DNA from: Paraspadella gotoi
Lineage: Eukaryota; Animalia; Chaetognatha
Direction of reading: 5' to 3'
Assembly: GCA_051294375.1 (NCBI GenBank)
Contig: CM119267.1
Span: 20,901,755-20,965,754 of the forward strand
Length of the DNA: 64,000 nt
The position numbers and the translations under genes are program-made. A model generated the notes under the pieces. That model searched no databases and was not told where the DNA came from. It saw nothing but the letters and a program-made list of their open reading frames with translations. This document shows positions 39,501 to 53,340 of this stretch, piece after piece; position 1 is the stretch's first letter, and every line of letters begins with the position of its first letter.

Positions 39501-42045
39501 CAAGCACTTTCTTGACTCACCTGGTTGATTGGGAGAGAATCCAACGAAGAGGATGGCGAAGAAGTGAAAACATGAAAAGAAAAGAGAAAAAATAGAAGAA
39601 GGGGGATGGAGGGAAAATGATTCAAATGAGAGATACTGTGCACAGAGAACCGTCTGCATACAGTCTGCATACAGTCGTAATGCATACTAGATCACTAAAT
39701 CTCGAGCCACGGTTATGATTTCATTGATGAGACAGAGTGAAGGTCATTTCCCGTTTCCAACCAAAGTCGCCACCCAGAAAATACTTTTTCTTTTTTTTTT
39801 CTCTCCCCTTTTTTCCCTTTTTTTTCTTCCTTTTTTCCCCTTTTCCTTTCAATTTCTTTTTTTTTCTCCTCCTTCGTCGAGCCGAGGATCACTTTCGACC
39901 TTGTGATAAGGCGACCCCGTGATAACGCTCCTCGCCCCATTGATAAGGAGAGAGAGAGGACCGGTGATAACGAGACCGAGACCTCGTGACGTTCCTGGGA
40001 AAACGTCTCCGTTGGACTGGCTCTCTGACTCTCTCTCTCTCTCCTCTCTCTCTCTCCATCTCCTCTACTCTATCTCTGACTCTGAACTGATTCTAACATC
40101 GATCACATAATTCTAAAGATTATATTAATATTACATTCGCAACAGCCACTTACATATAAATAAGAGGGCCTATATTACTCCCCCCTTCCTCTCTCTCTCC
40201 TCCCTCGTCTCTCCTCCTCTCCTCTCATCTCTCTCCTCCTTCTCTCTCTGCTCTCTCTCTCTCTAACACAACAAAATAGTTTACTCGTTTGCCCATTCGC
40301 CAAATTTCCGCTCCGACTTAATTGGCCCAAAAAAAATAAAAAAACGAGTGGAAAAAATAATAAAAAAGGAAAAAAATAAGGAACGAAAAGAAAAAGAAAA
40401 GCAAATAAGAAAAGATAAAGAAGAAGAAAAAGAAAGAAAGAATAGAAAATCAAAAGAAAAAGAAAGGAACGGAAAGTAAAAGAAAAAAAGAAGAGAAAAG
40501 GAAAAATAAAATAAAATAAAATAAACAAAGAAAAAAGAAAAGAAAAGAAAAGAAAAGAAAAGAAAAGAAAAGAAAAGAAAAGAAAAGAAAAGAAAAGAAA
40601 AGAAAAGAAAAGAAAAGAAAAGAAAAGTCAAGTCGATAAATCTGGTTTTTAAGTCGACGTCGTCCAACTCTTGACGACGATTTATTTTCTGTCCTCTTCT
40701 TTTCTTTTCTTCCTTTTTGCTCTTCTTNNNNNNNNNNNNNNNNNNNNNNNNNNNNNNNNNNNNNNNNNNNNNNNNNNNNNNNNNNNNNNNNNNNNNNNNN
40801 NNNNNNNNNNNNNNNNNNNNNNNNNNNNNNNNNNNNNNNNNNNNNNNNNNNNNNNNNNNNNNNNNNNNNNNNNNNNNNNNNNNNNNNNNNNNNNNNNNNN
40901 NNNNNNNNNNNNNNNNNNNNNNNNNNNNNNNNNNNNNNNNNNNNNNNNNNNNNNNNNNNNNNNNNNNNNNNNNNNNNNNNNNNNNNNNNNNNNNNNNNNN
41001 NNNNNNNNNNNNNNNNNNNNNNNNNNNNNNNNNNNNNNNNNNNNNNNNNNNNNNNNNNNNNNNNNNNNNNNNNNNNNNNNNNNNNNNNNNNNNNNNNNNN
41101 NNNNNNNNNNNNNNNNNNNNNNNNNNNNNNNNNNNNNNNNNNNNNNNNNNNNNNNNNNNNNNNNNNNNNNNNNNNNNNNNNNNNNNNNNNNNNNNNNNNN
41201 NNNNNNNNNNNNNNNNNNNNNNNNNNNNNNNNNNNNNNNNNNNNNNNNNNGAGAGGCGCCACCTTTCCGCGTTGATTTCGTCAGCGGCGACGCGTAGACG
41301 AAATTTTTCCTTCAACCACCCAGGGAATTTGGCGGAAAAGGTCGACCACCTTTTTTTTTGGAACGCCACCTCCCTCCACCCGTTCCACGTACTCGCATCA
41401 CCACCTTTCTATAAAAATAGGGGCCACTTGATGTTTTTTAACTTTCCTAAAAGCCACTCTTATTGTTTAATTAGATGACTTATAGTCGCTTATAAAAACG
41501 ATGCTTTTAAATTTTTAACCTTTTTATCATTTTTAACATATCTAACATATTTAACATTTATACTTTTTCTAACATTTTGTTTTGCCATTATAACGTTTAT
41601 CGGGAAGGTTGAGAGTTCGAATCCCGAGTTGTCATCGATTGTCATCTACTGTTTCATCGCTTGTCAACTGAGTTTCCGTCTTTCTCAATTTTCTTTTCTT
41701 TTTTTCTATTTTTCTTTCTATGTAGTTTCCGACTAATCCTTATAATCTTTTGCAATTCCTATTTCCTATTTCCTCGCTCTTATCTTTCTCTTCTCCCTCC
41801 CCTCTCTTCCTCTCTTCCTCTCTTCTCCCCTTTCCGACCTCTCCCTTCCTCCTACCCCTCTCCCTCCACCAATCTCCTCCTCCTCTCTCCCCTCCCTTCC
41901 CTCTCTCTCTCCCACCTCCCTTTCTTCTCCCTCCCCTCATCACTTATACTCTTCACTCGTCACGATTTGCATTTTTCTCTCGTTCATTCCGCAATTTCTT
42001 TTCTTTTACTCCTCCCATTCAAACCGATGATCCGCTAAGTTTTTA

Positions 42046-42113
<68 letters not shown>

Positions 42114-42610
42114 TTCTTTATAAAGATAATTTTCTTCAAACTTCCTTCTCTGCTCCAACGAGCACCGACCAACTAACCAACCAAATCCAACAACCAATCA
42201 AATCAACCAACCAAATTAACCAACCAACCAATCAAACCAACCAGACATTCATTGAAAAAATATGAGTAAAGACCAAATATTATTGTTTTGAATCTTTCCT
42301 TTTCTTTTCTATTTTTTTTCTTTTCCACAAAAAATTTTATTATTCAAAAAAGACGAATAAAAAGATCTGCAAATATGAATTTAATGACTCATTTCCCGAC
42401 AAAACGGAAATATTATTCTCTCACTTACTTCTTTCTTAACTTACTCCTCCACTCATCTCATATCACGCCCTTTTCTTTCCTTTATCTCTCTCTCCCACAA
42501 CACATACTCTCCCTTTCCTCCTTTTATTCCCTCCTCCTTTCTCTTTTCTTAACCTCTTTTCTTTCTCTTTTCTTTACTTCTCTCTCCCTCTCCTTTCTAT
42601 CTTCTTAACT

Positions 42611-42684
<74 letters not shown>

Positions 42685-43369
42685 CTGTCTCTCCTCTTGA
42701 CCTTTCTCCCTCCTCTCCCTCTCTTCCTAACCTCTCTCCCTCTCCTCCCTATCTTATTAACCTTTCCTTCTCCTCTCCTTCTCTTCTTAACCTCTCTCCC
42801 TCTCCTCTCTCTCTCTTATTAACCTTTCTTTCTCCTCTCCTTCTCTTCTTAACCTCTCTCTCCTCCCTCTCTTCTTAACCTCTCTCCTCTTCCCATGAAT
42901 TTTTCTCTTCTCTCCTTTTCGTCGTCGCCTTAATTTGTAGTCAGTAAGAGAAGAGGAACTCTGATCTTCTTTTCTCCCTCACTGCACGCAACTCACCCTA
43001 ACTTACCCACAACCTTCCCCACTTTCTCCTTTCTAATTTTCAACCTTCCTCTTTCACCTCTTCCCATCTTCCCACTTCTCTTTACTCCTCTATTTTCTCG
43101 ATCGCTTAATCCTCTCTCGCTCTCTCTCTTTTTTTTCCCAGAGTCGCCAACGAAGTCTCGTGACCTTTCGAACTCGTGTCTTCGGTCTGACCCCCACCCC
43201 TCTAACCCGTCACCACCCCTGCCACTCCTACCATCCCTCCACCACCTCCCTCTTTTGACCCCCACTCTTTCTCAGTCTCGTGTTCGGATTCTCTGTTTGT
43301 TTTTTGATTAGCTTTAATTCCTTCGCTTCTTTTGGTCCACAATCTGCGACACTGTCTTCGCCCGGCCAC

Positions 43370-43448
<79 letters not shown>

Positions 43449-43886
43449 CTCTCTTGCCCTCCAATATCTTGATGATTATTATTTTTACCTTTGTTTAAAC
43501 GTGAATAATTTTAACTCAGTAGAAACTACGATTCCCCGGACGAAATAAATTTCTACGGGTTTTTTGGAAACAATCGTTTTTAATGTGATTATAATAAAAC
43601 TTGTAAACTCGTACAACTTGCGTTTACTCTTATAAGGACCCACCTTGAATTCCTTGGACGCTCATCGTCTCGAACGACCGAAATCACGGGCGTGAAGCAG
43701 AAAAATACGTATTTCTTTTAAATGTCACGTTTTTAAAATACAAAAAATGATAAAACTGTTAATTATAGTAGATTAAGACAAAGCTTTGCCCGTCTTTGGT
43801 TGAAACAATTAACTCTTTCTGTTCTCATATAATCCTGAATATTTTTCTCGTTCTCCCTCTCCTCTCTTCTCTCTCTCTCTCTCTCT

Positions 43887-43936
<50 letters not shown>

Positions 43937-44104
43937 CTCTCTTCTGGCAGAGCGTTGATGGCATCGTGTTAAAGGTTTCGACAGAACCGTAGTTAATTCT
44001 CAGGCTTCCTCTCTTCGAAGGAAGAGCGGGAAAAAAATGGAGAAAAAGAAAAAAAAAAGAAAAAAAAGGAAACAAAAGAAAGAAAAAGAAAAAAAAAGAG
44101 AGAA

Positions 44105-44565
44105 ATTGGTTCGGGTTTCTTCGGTCGTCGTCGTCGTCGTCGTCGTCGTTTCTGTCGCTGTCATCGCAAATGCGAAAAACGTCTTGTATTCCGTGAGAGA
44201 GTCTGTGGCAAATGAGAATCTGGAGTTTCATTGGAATTTAAAACCATTTGTGACGCTCGCGATTCCATATGTAAAAAAGACATACTGCTTCGCGATAAAT
44301 CCTTGTGATTTTATCCCCCTCGTGGACCCCCCCCCTCGGTTTTTATGTGACGTAGACAGACTCATTATTTCCCTTGTGATGGAGTTTAAATCGTGATTCC
44401 TGGAAAGGAAATCCCGCTGTGAGAGTTGTGATAGCCGGGAAGTGATTGCGTGAGAGTCTTGTCCGTCCGGGCGATAACGGATGCGTCAACGATGAGAAGG
44501 GGGGGGGGGAAGGGAAGAGAGGGGGGAGAGGGGGGGGGAAGATTTGCATCTGTGTGAAGGATACT

Positions 44566-44574
<9 letters not shown>
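44105..44574 (+). CDS. Frameshifted, apparently intronless secreted Cys-rich protein with a Kazal-like domain (gene with sequence errors, or pseudogene)
   Basis: Hydrophobic leader VRVSSVVVVVVVVVSVAVIA. From 44171 one frame reads CEKRLVFRERVCGK*ESGVSLEFKTICDARDSICKKDILL, and adjacent frames supply SCIP and INPCD, giving Kazal-type C..C..VCG..G..F..C......C...C spacing. Further Cys motifs follow (FPCDG, RCESCDS, NGCVN, KICICVKDTGR*). Several indels are required. Confidence 0.45.
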
Positions 44575-44598
<24 letters not shown>

Positions 44599-45298
44599 GA
44601 AGGAGGAGAAGCAGAGTTCAACATCCAACGGAGATTGAATGATTGACGCACTGATTGGCGCATTGCGGAGTGACGAGTCACACTTCCTTTGACGTAGTGA
44701 CGCTCGTTTGACGGAGAGTCGTTTCACTTAACGTGACAATGAATATGGTGACGACGTGACCTCGCGCCGCTTCTCGTGACGCAGTGACCCCTCCCATGAC
44801 GAGGTGACGCTTCTAATGAGTTTCCAAGACGCCTTTAGGCTTCTCGTGACGCAGTGTCGCTTTCCTGTGACGTAATGACGCAGCAGGCAACGTCAACGCG
44901 TGAAAGAGAAAAAAAAAAGGGAATCTAGGAATTGGTCGCCAGAAAAGGCGGACGTCGAGTCTGATGTCGACTCGGGGAAAAAGAGAGGAGAGAGAGACAA
45001 GAATGGGGAAGGGTTGTGGGGTGTTGATGGAGGAGGGGGTTGGGGTAGGGAAGAGGGTGAATCGAAAGTGAGAGTAGAGCGACATTGATAGGTTTATGTC
45101 TAGTGGGAAGGAAGAGGGAGGCGAAGGGAGCGAATACGGAGGCAGGGAGTGAATGTTATTGAATATTACTAGATGAGATTGAAGTCATCAATCTCATTTG
45201 CATATAGTAGTAAATTATTTCAAGCCCCATTGGTTTATGTTCCGCTTTAATTTTAGGCCTATTTGTAATGATAATACAGTAATATAGTATAATATTGC

Positions 45299-45400
45299 GA
45301 TGGAGGCCTTAAACCACCAAAGCCTGTCCAAAGTCAGGGGCAAGATAGCTTATTTATTACATGAATGGATAATTTTTATATTGGTTGTACCAATTTCATA
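45299..45400 (-). repeat. Dispersed repeat family copy (others at ~270-385, ~7760-7905, 50200-50358, 53251-53580)
   Basis: Reverse complement of the shared core CTGACTTTGGACAGGCTTTGGTGGTTTAAGGCCTCCA and of AACCAATATAAAAATTATCCATTCAT. Confidence 0.85.
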
Positions 45401-46770
45401 ATAATAAATATATTATAATAATATAATAGGAGAAGATAAAAATTGTTTGTAACGAAAGTGTATATCTTTGTTGAATTTTAGTAGTTTAGCTAAAAATCGA
45501 TGTTCAAACCAATTTTTTTTTTAAAGCGAAAAATGTACATGTTTCGGGTCTAATTTGACGAAAATAAAGGATTATAACACAATAATATAATAATAATAAA
45601 AGGAATAATAATATCCAATTCATAACCTGAGCCTCGCTCTTATATTAGGATTGCAAGATGTGGCGAGGAAGGATAGGGTAGGGATGGAGGGAAGCAGAGA
45701 AGAGAGTGAAGAGAAGGACTAGGAAAGGGTTAGTGGAGGTTGGATAGAGATGATGTTAGCAGGGAAGGGAAGAGGATAAGAGGGATGGAGGGAANNNNNN
45801 NNNNNNNNNNNNNNNNNNNNNNNNNNNNNNNNNNNNNNNNNNNNNNNNNNNNNNNNNNNNNNNNNNNNNNNNNNNNNNNNNNNNNNNNNNNNNNNNNNNN
45901 NNNNNNNNNNNNNNNNNNNNNNNNNNNNNNNNNNNNNNNNNNNNNNNNNNNNNNNNNNNNNNNNNNNNNNNNNNNNNNNNNNNNNNNNNNNNNNNNNNNN
46001 NNNNNNNNNNNNNNNNNNNNNNNNNNNNNNNNNNNNNNNNNNNNNNNNNNNNNNNNNNNNNNNNNNNNNNNNNNNNNNNNNNNNNNNNNNNNNNNNNNNN
46101 NNNNNNNNNNNNNNNNNNNNNNNNNNNNNNNNNNNNNNNNNNNNNNNNNNNNNNNNNNNNNNNNNNNNNNNNNNNNNNNNNNNNNNNNNNNNNNNNNNNN
46201 NNNNNNNNNNNNNNNNNNNNNNNNNNNNNNNNNNNNNNNNNNNNNNNNNNNNNNNNNNNNNNNNNNNNNNNNNNNNNNNNNNNNNNNNNNNNNNNNNNNN
46301 NNNNNNNNNNNNNNNNNNNNNNNNNNNNNNNCGGGGTCAGTGGGGGGGGATATAGATGTAAGGAGTGTGATCGTGAGGTTTGTCGGAAAGATGGAAGCAG
46401 ATGGATGGGAAGGTGAGAAAAAATATTGACGTCTGTTCGGAACAAGACTTTTGACGTGCGATCGACGAGAACGGATAACTAGAGTAAGTCTCGGCCCGTC
46501 GGGTGAGTGCCAATAGTGATAAAGAGTGCTGAAAGAAGTGAAGAGTGATTACGCCTGTCACGCGGGCCCCTTGAATGGTGATAGAGGCGTCGATGCGAGA
46601 TTGTGAGCTTTGTGACGGACGGCGTGAAGAGGCGAGCGATGATCGACGTGGATGGGCGTGTGAACTAGACAAGTCGAGACATGTCCGGACGTCGAGGAGG
46701 CGTCGACCGGGCGTCGACTATTGTCAATCTCTGAATTGTCAATCTCCGACAAGAAACGAGGGTTCCGATG

Positions 46771-46805
<35 letters not shown>

Positions 46806-47653
46806 AGACCGTCTATCTTTGTCTGGCGTCGTTGTGTTGTGAACAATAAATCTCCTTTCTTATTATTCTCTCTTTTTCTTTTTGATTGACCTTCTTTTTT
46901 TCTCATTCTCTCTTTTATCTTTCGCTGAACAAAGATTAAAAAGAAAGAAAACGGCAACATAAACTTTTCGGTCTATTATTGAATATAATTATAATGAGTA
47001 ATTGAATTTTGATGATAATGAATAAAAAAGTACGTTGATTTGATATGATAATTTTTTTTTTGCTTAAAATTTAAAATAATTTAGAAAAAACGAGAAAGAA
47101 AAACAAATTTAGTTTACGAAATCCTAAATTTACATTTTTAAAAATGGTTTCGTTAATCGTTTAAACTTTAAACTATTAATTCATTAAAGACGCCCGTAAT
47201 TTTTAGTCAATTTGTACTCCTTACGAATACGAATATAAATTTTGAGCACGAATAGAATTATGAATCGTGGATAATTATGCGCGGGGAAAGTGATAATTCC
47301 TCCGACCAAAAAAAAACATATTTATCCGGGCCTCTTGATTAATGAGTCTTAAAATCCATTTTTCGTCGACCACACAGCGTTTTTCCTTAATCGTTCGCGA
47401 TCGGCGAAAAAGGGGGGGGCGGAGGTGGAGGGAGAAGAAGGGGAGGTCGGGAAGAAGGTAGGGACGAGAGGGAGGGGGTGAGTAAGCAAACTGAGAGGAC
47501 GGAAGGAGTGAGGAGTGAGGACCGTGAGTGAAAGAAAGGAAAAAGAAGGAAGTGAAGAGAATAATGAGTGAGAAATAAAAAATTAGGTTTGGCATATTGC
47601 GGGAAAATGGATAGTGGAGAAAAAAGCGATATGGAATCCTGGCGGATATCAGA

Positions 47654-47705
<52 letters not shown>

Positions 47706-47989
47706 GACACACGCCATGTATAAGAGAAGAAAGAAGACAGAACTCATCGAAACGACACTTTGCCGACTGACGACTGACAAATACCGGGTCGAGAAATCAG
47801 AAAAGAGACTTGAGAGATAGTAAGATAAACGCCAGCTCTTGGACAGAGACAGAGAGAAGGAACCTCTGCTCTTGGACAGAGAGAGATAGAGACAGAGAGA
47901 CAGAGATGGAACGCCTTCTCGGGGTCGCCTCAACGAGTTCGAACTCTTTCGGTCGAGAGACGAAGTTAAATGATGATTAAGGGTCTTTC

Positions 47990-48255
47990 TGTTGGTCGTC
48001 GTCGTCGTCGTCGTCGACGTCGTTGTCTTCGTGGTCGTTGTCGTCATCAACTTCGACATGGTCGTCAACGTCGTTGTTGTTGTCATCGTCCACATGGTCG
48101 TCGTCGTGGTGGTCGACGTCGTCGTCATTGTCGTGGTCGTCGATATAGTCGTCGTCGTTGTCTTGGTTGTGGTGGTCGTGGTCGTCGTTGTCGACATGGT
48201 CGTCGTCGTCGTCATCGTCGACATGGTCGTCGTCATCGTCGTCGTCGTCGTCATG
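47990..48255 (-). repeat. Degenerate (ACG)n tract, open as a Thr-rich frame (47649-48254) or an Asp/His-rich frame (47977-48261)
   Basis: Trinucleotide-periodic tract with substitutions but no frame-breaking indels. Coding status unproven. Confidence 0.6.
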
Positions 48256-49763
48256 AGTCATCCGTTTCCATGGTTTTCGAAACGAGATCTTTCATCTTAC
48301 GTCGTTTCTGACTTCGATTCTTCCCGAAATTCATTTTCTTTGTTGTTGCTGTCGTCGTTGTTGTCGTGGTTGTTGTTGTCGTCGTCATCGTTGTTTATGT
48401 TTTGGTTGAGGTCATTACTTTGCTCGTTCGTTTTACTGCTTCTTTTCTTTTAATGACTTTTCTTGCAATTTTTTTTTTACCTGAGGCTGAAATGTAAGAT
48501 TAATTAGCGCGAAAAAAAAGACTAGGAATGAGATAAGAAATAAGAGATAACATCATATCTGATATCAGCGATAATAATCCTGAGAGAGAATGAAAGTGAA
48601 AAAAAAAGATAAGAACAGAAGAAATTGCTGAAAAAGCGGCCAGAAAATTTTAAATATTATTTTATTTAATCATATTTAATAATATGTATACGGGGGATAA
48701 TATCTTCTAACTATTTGATTAGATTCAAGAAAAGAATTAATCAAGATTATTTCCGATATTTAGCCAAGTTCTGACTTTCATTTTCTATTTTATTTTTTAT
48801 TTTCGTTTTTGCGAGGGAGAGAATTAAAAAAATAAGAGGGAAAGGAACCCCAAGTGTTGTAAACGATAATGAAGGCAAAAACGTTAAAGGAGAGAAAAAA
48901 AAATGTTCTCGAAGGTCGAAACAACAACGACAACAACAACTAAAATATTCTTCAAGGTCACAACAAAGAAGAGAAAGTTAACCTATTTGTTTCGACGGGA
49001 AAGAAGGAAAAAAAAAAGAATTTTCGCGCGTGGTGGTCTTATATTGAAAACTAGTATCTGAGTTTCAGTTTATAACTTCTACCGTTTGAGCACGTAAAAC
49101 CGTAGATGAGGACGGGCGATGCTACTTGGAGATTGTCAAAAAAAGAAATGAAAATTAATCTCAAGTACCGCCAAATTAGTTTATGTAAGGTCTAAAGAGA
49201 TAGTAATAATTGTTATGAGATAGTGAGAAAACCGCTCGATATAAGTGGTCGTGTTACTAACGGGTTAAGCCTAGAAGTCCCTCTAAACTGCGAGGAGACC
49301 ACCGGGCTAGTACTCCGGACCTTTGAGTTAGGAGGCGAATGACTTGCCTCTTTCACCAATGGCCTCTGATGAACCTCTGGTGGATTTTAGTCCACCATAG
49401 CCTATGACCTATGGCATAGGTCAAAATTAAGAGATCGGCGAAGAGAAGAAAAATACAAAATGACTGAGGCGAAGCAAGATATTCTACACCAACGCGGCGA
49501 CGCGGCGTGTCTAATAATTAATTTATTTTTTTTCCACGAGAGAAATTAAAAAAAAGGGAGAAAAAAATGATTATTTCTTGTCTCATCATCGATGAATTAT
49601 TCACCATAATTGAGCTCCCTTTGACGGCTCGACGAGTGCGACACCAAGATTGTTCTTCATAAAAAAGGAAAAAAAGAAAGAAAAAAAATTGCGCGCGCGG
49701 TAAAAATCGTTTTGCCTGTCATGACGAAGATTTCGAGAGAGAGAGGAGACAGAGAGAAGAGAA

Positions 49764-49813
<50 letters not shown>

Positions 49814-50199
49814 ATATACGCGCGGTTACGTTCGATTAACCGCCACGAGATTTGATAGAGTTTGTGATGTTTTATAATTGAGAAATAATTTCAAGTTTGC
49901 CTAATGAATTTACGCACTTAGAATTAGGAACAGTACGTTTTTTTAAAGCAGCATTAAAAAAGTATAAAAATTATGCGTTATCATAAGAATATCTTTTTAC
50001 TTCATTGATCCGTAAATATTGTTAGAGCATAATCTTACTAATCTTACTAATCTTACTAAATTATAAATCTTTAATCGTTTTAAAACATTTTTAAAAGATA
50101 TTTCCCATGGTAATATTTTTAGATTCTTCACTTAACTTTCATCATTTCGTGGCATTCGACAAAAATCACACTATAAATTATCATATAATTATATATATA

Positions 50200-50358
50200 T
50201 GAAATTGGTACAACCAATATAAAAATTATCCATTCATTTAATAAATAAGCTATCTTGCCCCTGACTTTGGACAGGCTTTGGTGGTTTAAGGCCTCCATCA
50301 CTCTTACAAGATAATGACATTGCAGGTCCCTGCAAGCTTTCAATCAAGACTCTCTCAT
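50200..50358 (+). repeat. Dispersed repeat family copy (cleanest)
   Basis: GAAATTGGTACAACCAATATAAAAATTATCCATTC...GACTTTGGACAGGCTTTGGTGGTTTAAGGCCTCCATCACTCTTACAAGATAATGACATTGCAGG. Confidence 0.85.
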
Positions 50359-51486
50359 ATATTATAATTATAGTATAATGACTTTCGATCAATCGTTATT
50401 TACGAGACATTTAATCTACTGTATTATTAATTCCAATTTACCAGGCGGAATATCGTCCCCTTTCTTTCTTTTTTTCTGCTCGCGTTAAAGACCCTTTTTT
50501 TCTCTCTCCGACTGAGAGGGNNNNNNNNNNAGTAAGGTTGCGAGGATTCCCACAGACACTAGAAGAGGAAAAGGTGAGGCTATNNNNNNNNNNGAAGGAT
50601 GAGGAAAAAGTGTGGGAAGGTGAAGGAAGTCAGTTTGGGAAAAAAAGGGTTATTAGAGAGTGAGGAGCTGGTGTGGAAAATGGTGTCTGAGGTGAAGGGT
50701 GATTAAAATTTGTGACGATGGTGACAGGGGAGTAGGGTGATTAAAAAGTGAGACTTAGTGTGAACTGGTGCCAGGGATGAAGGGTGATTAGTGATTAGAA
50801 TTTGTGATATGGTTTGATGGTTGGAGGGTGAGTTAGTATCCATGAGATGTGACAGTGAAGAAAAATATTAATCGTTGTCCATTAATTAAAAAAAGTTAGT
50901 TATTAACTACTGATTACTACGGAAACGTTTTTAACTTATTAAAACGGATTTAGTTATACTTCCCATGAGTCAGTAAAAGTTTGGCGGAGAGAAAATCAAA
51001 TGATAGGGAAGGCGACTTTGCCATTCTCACTGAAGTGTGATTAAAAGTTGGGGGCAAAGTGGAACGATGGAAAGGTAAGTTAGCGATTTCCTCGAAAGGG
51101 TGATTAAAAGTTGAGACGAGGTCAAAACGATTTCTTTTCTCTCGGCCGAAGAAGTGAGAAGGGGAAGAAAATCACATTACCCTGATCGAACATTTTCCAT
51201 GACCATTCAACACATTGGCCTTTAAATTCGGTCCACTAAATTTCTTTTTTAAAGGTCTTTTTTCTTTCAAATTGGCTTCTTCCCAGGCTCATCTTATCCC
51301 CTCCGCCCAATTTTCCGCTCTCCCCCAGCACCCCCTCCCCCTAGTGCCAGTTTGATTTGCCCAGACCAGATTCGGCAATCTTTTCGCCTTTCAATTCAAA
51401 GGAAATTAACCTTTTGTCATTAGGTGCACCGAGTCATAAAAGACCCAGCCTCCGATGGCCCATTCTTTGGTCTCTGTCTCTCTTTT

Positions 51487-51538
<52 letters not shown>

Positions 51539-53340
51539 CCTCTCCTCTCTCTCTCTCTCTCTCTCACCCACCTTTCTCTCCCCATATCCAGACCAACCCC
51601 TCCGCTCCCTAGACAAATACACATTATTCCCTCGCAAAACGATGAGTTCTCCTTTTCGGAATCCTTTTTCATCTTTTTTCGGCCTTATTTTCCAAAAAAC
51701 GCCCTATTTCATCTTAAATTTGAAACTAGGCTCATTTTATAAGCTAAGATTAGGCGGGGAGGTTAGGATTATGGATTCCAGTTAGAAATTAGATTATGAT
51801 TAAGGTTGCAGATTAGGTTACTGATACTAGTCTTTAGTGATCAGCCTTAGGGATTTAGGATGAAGAACTACAGTTTAAGGTGAGCGTAAAAATTCTAGAT
51901 GAGAGTTTAGAAGTTAGGATTTAAGATTAAGGTTAATAAATTTTTTAGGTTAACTATTAAAGTCAATAAATCTGTGAAAAATAACAGAAATGGGGCGCTT
52001 TGGGAAAAGAGAGCCCCTTTTATCCTTCCTTACTTTCCGTGCGACAAATCCTTTCATGGCTTTTCTCCTTTTCTCTCATTGCTACCTTTCATCCACCGTT
52101 TAAACCCTCGATCGATTTTTTCCTTTTCTCTTTACAATTTTGTCCCTCATCTTGAATTTTTTGTCATTTTTATCTCTTTTTTTTACTCTCTTAAAATATA
52201 TTTTATAATCATATGGTCCTCTTTTAAGTTTCTTTTAAAAATCTAGAAATGAAATATTTGTTTACATACAAGCAAATTTTATTAGAAACATAAATTTCGG
52301 CTTTATTATAACGTAACTTATTTTTGCGCTGATGAAGGCGAAACATGTAAGGGAATTTCAGTTTTTATAGTACAACTCGTTGAATGTAAGAAACAATATC
52401 AATTTTTTACCTCAAATAAAGGAAAACAAACAAATTGAAATTATACATAATTTATTTTCATTTTTTTTTTACTTATTTCACGTCACCCGCGAATAATAAC
52501 TTCAAATATTTCCGCCAAGTGTCTTATGCCTTACGGCGGGAAATAAGAAACGTCATGTGCGAATAAGTGGCGGTGATTAGTTTACTTTGCTTTATGGACT
52601 GACCTTAAACCTTTTTCCGTCGAAGAGAGCGGAAAAAAAAAGAGGGGACAAAAAAAAGAACAGAACTATTTAATAAGCATACCATGATAGATACTTTAAT
52701 GATTGAATTGTTAGAGTAGATCCTTTTTGTTCTTAGACGTTTATAAATGAGAAAATTTAGATTTCTTTGACTGTAATAGAAGAAAATCTAAAATTTTAAA
52801 GATTGAATTTAGTTTAGTTGCTTGATTTTAACAAGCAAGGTGGCCCGAGCTGGTCAGCTTTATTAAAGGAAAAGCCAAGAAACAATAAATAAGTTAAAAA
52901 ATAAATCGTAGAACAAGTTGTCTCCATCTCTCCCTCTCTCTCCTCTCTCTCTCCTCTCATCTCTCTCTCTTCCTCTCTCTCATCTCTCTCTCTCTTTCGC
53001 TCTCGCCTTCCTTTCGCCTGTCTCACCATTTTTTTCAATAATCTTTAATCCTCATTTGATTCTTTTTGTGTTACTGAATGTTTTCCACCACTTTTTCGAA
53101 AAGAAAAACATACTTATTTTCTCTCTTCTCTCTCTCTCTCTTCTCTCTCCTCTCTCTTCTCTCTTCCTCTCTCTCTCCTCTCTTCTCTCTCTCCCACTTC
53201 TCCTCTCTCTCTTCTCTATCTCATCNNNNNNNNNNNNNNNNNNNNNNNNNAAATTATTTATTCAATTAACAAACTGTTTTTTTGTTTTTTGTTTTGCCTC
53301 CGACTTTGGATAGGAAATGGTTGATTGAGGCCTCCATCCC

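Noticed and set aside
40281-46445. Long ORFs containing X runs (also at 10825-12237 and 54607-55504)
   Set aside because: They are open only because they cross N gaps.
51740-51955. TTAGG-like telomeric repeats
   Set aside because: Too degenerate and irregular to call an interstitial telomere.
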